Source: Polyangium sp. 6x1 (GTDB lineage Bacteria > Myxococcota_A > Polyangia > Polyangiales > Polyangiaceae). From it: a stretch of 12,307 nt of DNA. The DNA lies in NCBI RefSeq assembly GCF_029946515.1, contig NZ_JARZHH010000040.1, positions 91,904-104,210 of the forward strand. Direction: 5' to 3'. Below the pieces are notes generated by a model that was not told where the DNA came from, did no database searches, and saw only the letters and a program-made list of their open reading frames with translations. Position 1 is the first letter of the stretch; every line of letters begins with the position of its first letter. The position numbers and the translations under genes are program-made. Shown in pieces: positions 8,701 through 12,307 of this stretch.

Positions 8701-10534
8701 CCGCGCGGCGCTCGAGCTCCACGAGGAAGAGCGCGACCACCTCGTCCGACGGGGACGCCTCGTGCAGCTCGCGCAGGCGCGCGCGCGCCTGGTCGACGTT
8801 GCCCGAGCGCGTGCTGCGCAGTGCAGCGACCACCCAGAGGCCCCGCGCGAGGTTCGGGTCCGTCTCGACCTTCGCGAGCTCCTCGATCGTCGACGCGATT
8901 GGCCGGACCGCGATCACCTCGCCCGGCGCGGCCTTCTTCGCGCCGAGCGCGTACGCCGCGAGCACGCGGCCGAGCCACATCGAGGCGTCGCCGTCGAGCA
9001 TCGCGAGCTTCGCAAACGCCTCGGCCGCGCCGTCGGCGTCGCCCCGGATCGCGCGGCTCCGACCGAGCTCGAACCAGAGGCTCGCCTCTTCGCCCGGCTC
9101 CGCGCCGCTCGCGACGAGCTCCGCCGTCACCTGCTCGTACCACGCCGCGTCGCCGCGGACGGAGGCGAGGGTGCGGGCGATCCGCGCGAGCAGCGGGCCC
9201 GGCGTACCGAGCGCCGCGGCCCGACCGATCGCCGCCTTCGCGGCGTCCGAGTCGCCGGCCTGGCAAGCCCACACGTAGGCCGCGATGATCTCCGCGCGCG
9301 CCTTCGCGTCGTTCGTCGGGCACGACGCGCCCGACGCTTCGAGCGATCGCGCGAGCGCCGCCGGATCCTGCGCGTCGCTCAGCAGATCGAGCTCGAGCGC
9401 GCGCGCCATGATCGACGCCGGGTCGGCTTCGAGCGCGCTGCGCAGCGCTGCGAGGGCGCCGTCCCGGTCGTTGTCGAGCATCGCCGCCTCGGCGATGCGC
9501 AGCCAGAGCGCCGCCGCGGCCGGGCCCGGGGCGCCTCGCGCGAGCTCGGCCCGCGCGAGATCCGCCGCGCCCTTCGCGTCGCCGTTCGCCTCGAGCGACG
9601 CGAGCCGCGAGCGCGCGATGACCGACGACTGCGGCAGCTGCTCGGCGGCACGCGAGAGCAGCTTCACCCAGCCCTCTTGATCACCCGCGCGCCGCTTCAG
9701 CTCTGCCGCGCGCAGCCATGCGTCGGCCGCGTACTCCGCGCGCCGCGCGAAGCGGGGCACGCCGCTCGCGTCGCCGCGCCCTTCGTCCTCGAGGGCCTCC
9801 TCGATGAGCTGCGCTTGCCCTTCGAGGGCCCGCGCGAGCGCCGTCGGGTTGTCCTCGCGCGCCGCGATCGCTTCGAGCGTCACCTGCGACCGGAAACGGC
9901 CCTGACCATCCAGCGCGGCGGCCGCGTCGATCAGATCGTACGCGCGCTGCGCGTCGCCGGCCTTGGCCGACAGCTCCGCGAGCTCGATGAACAGGAACGC
10001 CTTCCACGTCGGATCGTTCGCGAGCTCGGCGCGCGCTTCGATGGCGCGCATGCGGCCGGGCAGATCCCCGTCCTTCGCCGCGATGAGCTCGAGCTCGAGC
10101 CACGGCGTCGGGTCCTCGGGGCTCGCGCTCACGGCCTCTTCGAGCGCTTCTTTCGCGCCCGGAAGATTTTGCTCGTAGTCCTGCAAGAACGCGGCGCGCT
10201 CCCAGAACGCGCGTGCGCGCTCCTCCGCGGTCACGGAGGCGCGTGTCAGCGCTTCGAGCAGCTTCCCGAGGTTCTTGATCGACTTGCGCCGGGTCAGGAT
10301 CCGGACGAGGGCCTCGAGCGGCTCGCGGTTCTGCGGATCCGCGTTGAACGCCGCGAGGTAGTCCCGCGCGGCGGACGGCTCCTCCCCGTGCTTCTCCTCG
10401 AGGACGCCGGACTCGTGCAGGAGCAGGGCTTGGAGCGCCTTGTCCTCCTGCGCGGCGTGCTCGGACCGTAAACGATTGAGGAAGGCCGCCGCATCCTCGG
10501 CCTGGCCCGTGGGCATGGGTGTCTCTACCGTCAT
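5774..10534 (-). CDS. Giant cytoplasmic TPR-repeat protein (about 1587 aa) with a roughly 270-aa non-TPR C-terminal domain; paralog of the downstream TPR gene
   Basis: This is the ORF-track entry 5774..10690 (-). It is TPR-like throughout (AARDYLAAFNADPQNREPLEALVRIL..., KGDREGALSALENVTMLEPDHVGALALAGEISITMGKFAEAADLLGRL...). The C-terminus, ...ERSRRLLSFVLSPSYLELRKKLGMGVR, is collinear with the C-terminus of the downstream protein, so a real stop is expected here. That argues against a single frameshifted gene. The start is uncertain. I prefer the ATG at 10534 (MTVETPMPTGQAEDAAAFLNRL...), which has GGGAGG 13 nt upstream (10548-10553 on the minus strand). In-frame alternatives are the ATG at 10516, ATG at 10576, ATG at 10666 and the GTG at 10690 (ORF-track start). 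Codons between 10540 and 10620 show depressed GC3 (tta, cgt, ttg, gct, agt, cat, gca), suggesting leader rather than coding sequence. Confidence 0.75.
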   Translation of the reverse strand: MTVETPMPTGQAEDAAAFLNRLRSEHAAQEDKALQALLLHESGVLEEKHGEEPSAARDYLAAFNADPQNREPLEALVRILTRRKSIKNLGKLLEALTRASVTAEERARAFWERAAFLQDYEQNLPGAKEALEEAVSASPEDPTPWLELELIAAKDGDLPGRMRAIEARAELANDPTWKAFLFIELAELSAKAGDAQRAYDLIDAAAALDGQGRFRSQVTLEAIAAREDNPTALARALEGQAQLIEEALEDEGRGDASGVPRFARRAEYAADAWLRAAELKRRAGDQEGWVKLLSRAAEQLPQSSVIARSRLASLEANGDAKGAADLARAELARGAPGPAAAALWLRIAEAAMLDNDRDGALAALRSALEADPASIMARALELDLLSDAQDPAALARSLEASGASCPTNDAKARAEIIAAYVWACQAGDSDAAKAAIGRAAALGTPGPLLARIARTLASVRGDAAWYEQVTAELVASGAEPGEEASLWFELGRSRAIRGDADGAAEAFAKLAMLDGDASMWLGRVLAAYALGAKKAAPGEVIAVRPIASTIEELAKVETDPNLARGLWVVAALRSTRSGNVDQARARLRELHEASPSDEVVALFLVELERRAGDLAAASNILSTCATMTEDIELGAALYLEAALLTWRIGDRQKTIELIEQARGSASKAAAALLAWALRGADPDSLDGRRRALLTAAEAGADPASIAIERFGLEVGQGEAGDRAEALTALETAEAEGSGDITVAAGLARLTWPDAQSDRAAIDRALDRLEDQGDEATAIARAEAFRLARVVDQDPGAAVSRAAAWADAEPKLYAALEWLGASLTAKDRDAEVAARRAVGAFLDDEPWSAMEASAALVAMLDQPSTPQPLLAGTSDATRLANLELAMPGCDPRRRAFALQHVGGALGEEAGSDASALSGWSELAAGNVEAALATFRAAVERRQDDIVSWEGVRAASEALGDHVSTALSLAQLGALSKDDGRGAAFWESAGVILLEHTDAHDDAEIAFARAFDRDPSRSVAFDKLFRRVRSRNEDDKLLDIIGRRLDVADDEAEIGKLFWERARVLRKKGDREGALSALENVTMLEPDHVGALALAGEISITMGKFAEAADLLGRLSVIGEAPAQQRLMSGVAAVDIYENKLNAPEKALKVLVGLHEAGLSTPPVRERLARVAAKTGAWTRATAILEQLMQERDKREGRMEAARLAMAIWRDKVNEPLKAESSVVKLLDESPDDGEALDLVLTTSYEASLRQRLLGRAKSVLVQKLSEDPCDADRVERLAKIAQAGQDAALRQATLGCLVSLGRDDDAISTELKRIDGRVATRPQIVLDAKAMAEIADPEDNGPIAELFVLMAETVTLALGPTLGSLNVGKKERVDSRGGHPLRVAVAEWMGAVGFEGDFELYVGGPEPKGVHGVAGEVPAIVIGSGITAPLDAAARSAIARTVFALRRGITSLRTRDEATVASVVIAACNEVDIKVANPGYAVYGEIQRAVHKEISRKIRKSIGEVCQKVVSSKQDARAWTNAARRSLDRMAVIAAGDVSIVLSDIVNVPRDQLGSVVTENERSRRLLSFVLSPSYLELRKKLGMGVR

Positions 10535-10770
10535 TGGGCTCGACGCGCCTCCCGCGGAGACGGGGTTCTGGACCATTGCATGCTGCGTGGGGAGACTAGC
10601 CAAACGGTGCGTCGGGAGTAAAGCGTGCTCGCGACGGATCGCGACGATCGCGCGCGCCGCCGCCATGCGCGGGCATTCCCGCGCGAGCACGTTCGCCGCG
10701 GCTGCCCCGATCCGTGGGCGAAAGCCCCGCGCCGGGCGCCCGTGGGGGCCCTGCCCGGTCCGCCCGCTCG

Positions 10771-10900
10771 CTCAGAGGGTGTTCCACAGGCTGCTGCGCG
10801 GCTCGATGCGTCGGTCGGCCTCGCTCGACGTACGGTGTACGCCTCGCTCGGCCTCCCTAGCCTCGAGCCGCTCGCGACGCCTGTGGAACACCCTCTCAGG
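10771..10900. repeat. Long-range inverted repeat: 21-nt arms with one mismatch, separated by 87 nt
   Basis: The left arm at 10771-10791 is ctcagagggtgttccacaggc. The right arm at 10879-10900 is gcctgtggaacaccctctcagg. The arms are reverse complements over 18 contiguous nt (gcctgtggaacaccctct), extending to 20/21 with a single G/C mismatch. Each arm contains TGTTCCACA or TGTGGAACA (TGT-N3-ACA). The spacer holds a smaller palindrome, cgtacGGTgtacg (10828-10840). The TGA stop (10896-10898 on the minus strand) of the PHA_gran_rgn-like gene lies inside the right arm. No T-tract follows either arm on either strand. Confidence 0.7.
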
Positions 10901-11192
10901 CCTTGCCGAGCATCGCGTCGAGCTTCTCGTGCAGCTTCGACTCCACCACCGGGCGCATCGGGCGAAGCAAGAGCGGCAGCTCCACCCGGATCCGCACGGC
11001 CTCCGCGGTCACGCGCACCGACCCTCGCGTTCCCTTCGCGGGCCCGCTCGGCGCGTCGAGGCAGAGCTCGTCGCCTTCCCAGCGCCAGCGCACCCCACGC
11101 CGCTTCTCCAGCCGCCTCGCCAGATCCTCCGCGCGCCGCCGCGCCGCGTCCTGGCTCATGCCGTGGGGCCTCTGGATGTCGATCTGCGCCAT
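10896..11192 (-). CDS. Small (98 aa) protein of the PHA_gran_rgn family (putative polyhydroxyalkanoic acid system protein, TIGR02610-like)
   Basis: The ORF is MAQIDIQRPHGMSQDAARRRAEDLARRLEKRRGVRWRWEGDELCLDAPSGPAKGTRGSVRVTAEAVRIRVELPLLLRPMRPVVESKLHEKLDAMLGKA. Its length and the pattern MxxIDIxRxHxLxxdeARxraExLAxxLxxkyGvxxxWeGdeLxfd..Gv.G.vxVtaexvxvxvxLglLLxpmrxxiexxixexLd match my memory of that family. A good SD, GAGGGGA (11201-11207 on the minus strand), lies about 8 nt upstream of the ATG at 11192. GC3 is high. Confidence 0.7.
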   Translation of the reverse strand: MAQIDIQRPHGMSQDAARRRAEDLARRLEKRRGVRWRWEGDELCLDAPSGPAKGTRGSVRVTAEAVRIRVELPLLLRPMRPVVESKLHEKLDAMLGKA

Positions 11193-11220
11193 CGCGTCCG
11201 TCCCCTCTGCCGTCGTGGCC

Positions 11221-11814
11221 TTACTCGACCCGCTGCACGATCCAGTAGCCGCGCGGCGTGTCCACCACTTCGCTCACCGCGCCCTTGGCCAGGCTGAAGA
11301 GAACATACTCCGGCGCGGGCTCCAAAATTCCGCGCGGCAGCCGCCCCGCGTTCTCCATCGAGCCCTTGTCGCCCTTCGCCACCGCCGCCTTGAAGTCCGT
11401 CTTCGCCTCCTCGGCGAGCTGCTTGGCGAGCGTCAGCGCCTCCTCGCGGGGCCGCGCGTTCGTCGGCGCGCCCTGAGCGCCCTTGTACTGCACGAGGATC
11501 ACCCCGAAGATCACGGACTTCGGCGCCTCACCCGCGAGCGGCGGCGGCGCCTCTCCCGTGAGGAGCAACGTCCCGCCCGCGTCGACCGGTCCCGTCGGCT
11601 CCGCCTCGCCGCCGGGCTCCCCGCTCGCGCCCGCGTCCGAGGGCTCCGCGCCTGCGTCGGCGCTCGCCGTCGCGCCCGCGTCGCTCGTCGTGCCCGCGTC
11701 GGCCGTGGCGGCGTCGGTGGAAGTGCTTCCGCGGCGACCGGCTGCCGGAATGACGACGAGCGCGATGGCCCCGAGGACCAGCACGGCGAAGAGGAAGGCG
11801 GTCGCTTTCTGCAT
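11221..11814 (-). CDS. Membrane-anchored parvulin-type peptidyl-prolyl cis-trans isomerase (PpiC/PrsA-like), 197 aa
   Basis: The N-terminal hydrophobic anchor or signal is MQKATAFLFAVLVLGAIALVVIPAAG. A low-complexity Ala/Asp/Gly/Thr/Glu linker follows. The C-terminal roughly 95 aa match the parvulin rotamase fold pattern: SVIFGVILVQYKGAQGAPTNARPREEALTLAKQLAEEAKTDFKAAVAKGDKGSMENAGRLPRGILEPAPEYVLFSLAKGAVSEVVDTPRGYWIVQRVE (compare ASHILVKyKGs..ap...Rs.eEA..lAeel...l.aGadF..lAkkySdcpSak.GGdLGwf.rGqmvpeFe.aaFaL..GevS.pveT.fGyHIIk). The stop is TAA at 11221-11223. The next gene starts 28 nt downstream on the same strand, which suggests an operon. Confidence 0.7.
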   Translation of the reverse strand: MQKATAFLFAVLVLGAIALVVIPAAGRRGSTSTDAATADAGTTSDAGATASADAGAEPSDAGASGEPGGEAEPTGPVDAGGTLLLTGEAPPPLAGEAPKSVIFGVILVQYKGAQGAPTNARPREEALTLAKQLAEEAKTDFKAAVAKGDKGSMENAGRLPRGILEPAPEYVLFSLAKGAVSEVVDTPRGYWIVQRVE

Positions 11815-12006
11815 GGGGCGAGCGCGTTAGCACATTTCCCCGGCCCAGCGGAAGCGCGCGACGAATCCGCGCCGCTCGTCCGCTCGTTGCCCCCCGCGCT
11901 CGCGCGCCCTCGTCGTGTCGCAAAAGAGCCGCGAAGCCTCAAACCCTGGTAGAAGTGACCAACGCGGAACGATCGCGCGCCCCAGGGCCCCTCGAAGGCA
12001 TGAGCA
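11815..12006. promoter_or_regulatory. Divergent intergenic region (192 bp) presumably carrying promoters for the minus-strand PPIase/PHA_gran_rgn operon and the plus-strand zinc-ribbon gene
   Basis: It is the only sizeable non-coding stretch flanked by divergently oriented starts. A weak extended -10-like TGgTAGAAG lies at 11947-11955, about 50 nt before the plus-strand ATG. I cannot recognise a confident sigma70 or sigma54 consensus by eye. Confidence 0.3.
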
Positions 12007-12307
12007 TGGTCAAGGTCGAGTGCGACTCCTGTAAGTCGCCGTACGCGGTGGAGGAACGACGGATCCCGGCGACGGGGCTCAAGATGCGCTGCTCGAAATG
12101 CGGCACCAGCATCTTGGTGAAGAAGCCCGCGGCGCCGGCGGCGGGCCTCGGAGATGGCGAGGAGATCGATCTCCCCTCGCCGGTCGCGCCGCGCGCGAAG
12201 GGCGGCACGGAGCCGCTCCTCCCGCGCCCCGCGCCGGGCAAGGCGCCGGCCGCGCCGCTCGCGCCGAAGCCGCCCGTGCTCCCCGCCGCCAAGCCGAAGC
12301 CCGCCGC
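12007..12307 (+). CDS. Partial (3'-truncated by the window edge) protein with an N-terminal MJ0042-family CxxC...CxxC zinc-ribbon followed by a Pro/Lys/Ala-rich low-complexity region
   Basis: Translated by hand; absent from the ORF track because it has no in-window stop. The product reads MVKVECDSCKSPYAVEERRIPATGLKMRCSKCGTSILVKKPAAPAAGLGDGEEIDLPSPVAPRAKGGTEPLLPRPAPGKAPAAPLAPKPPVLPAAKPKPA.... It has two CxxC pairs, CDSC and CSKC, 18 residues apart with an aromatic-x-V pattern, as in TIGR02098-type zinc ribbons that are very common in myxobacteria. An SD, GAAGG (11995-11999), lies 7 nt upstream of the ATG at 12007. An alternative ATG at 12001 has only 1-nt spacing. Confidence 0.6.

Noticed and set aside
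7159-9323. Minus-strand ORFs 7159..8277, 7182..8087 and 8277..9323 within the first TPR gene
   Set aside because: These are same-strand alternate frames of the TPR gene. Their Arg/Ser/Thr/Ala-rich low-complexity translations are typical of off-frame GC-rich coding DNA.
5756-10471. 1571-aa plus-strand ORF antisense to the first TPR gene
   Set aside because: The reasoning is the same: Arg/Leu/Ala/Asp-rich low-complexity (RRVRPRARVLLARHDLLADLADALADLARDLLVHRALD...) mirrors the TPR codons on the other strand, with no RBS or motif support.
5774-10690. Possibility that the two TPR ORFs are one gene of about 3300 aa interrupted by a programmed or artefactual frameshift
   Set aside because: Protein 1 ends with a C-terminal domain that is collinear to the C-terminus of protein 2 (...LSFVLSPSYLELRKKLG versus ...LIVFSVSDAYADVRARLG), so a genuine stop is expected there. 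A strong SD and a low-GC3 spacer follow, and protein 2 then begins with a distinct acidic tail. This fits tandem duplication better than a frameshift.
10750-10800. Sigma54-type promoter (TGGCAC-N5-TTGCA) within the left inverted-repeat arm (TGGAACaccctCTGAGC)
   Set aside because: The GG-to-GC spacing is 2 nt too long and the -12 element is poor. I cannot support a sigma54 call by eye.
10771-10900. Inverted repeat as a Rho-independent terminator for the PPIase/PHA_gran_rgn operon
   Set aside because: The stem would have an 87-nt loop and no downstream U-tract on the transcribed (minus) strand, so it is not a canonical intrinsic terminator. It is retained as a repeat and possible regulatory element instead.
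10440-11952. Plus-strand ORFs 10440..11297, 10625..11248 and 10903..11952, and minus-strand ORFs 11511..11942 and 11939..12292
   Set aside because: They overlap in antisense or alternate frames the well-supported PHA_gran_rgn-like, parvulin and zinc-ribbon genes. Their translations are Pro/Arg/Ala-rich with no motifs.

Overview
This is a very GC-rich (about 72-75%) bacterial window with strong GC3 codon bias, most consistent with a myxobacterium (Myxococcota). All supportable genes but one lie on the minus strand. In transcription order on the minus strand they are: a membrane-anchored parvulin-type PPIase (11814->11221); a small PHA_gran_rgn-family protein 28 nt downstream (11192->10896); a roughly 360-nt leader containing a 21-bp inverted repeat; two tandem, paralogous giant TPR-repeat proteins (about 1587 aa at 10534->5774 and about 1665 aa at 5741->744); and, immediately after, a partial lipoprotein with a Cys-rich module and an FGE-sulfatase (formylglycine-generating-enzyme-like) domain (778->1, running off the window). 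A divergent plus-strand gene begins at 12007 and runs off the right edge; it encodes an MJ0042-type zinc-ribbon protein with a Pro/Lys/Ala-rich tail. The two edge genes are absent from the supplied ORF track because they have no in-window stop. The two TPR proteins share not only TPR arrays but a roughly 270-aa non-TPR C-terminal domain that I cannot assign to a known family. Together with the tightly linked FGE-domain lipoprotein, this domain is the most interesting candidate for an undescribed module here. The very long plus-strand ORFs (1193 aa and 1571 aa) and the 5'-extension of the 1996-aa ORF are antisense or alternate-frame artefacts of the GC content. No rRNA, tRNA, CRISPR array or transposase is evident.
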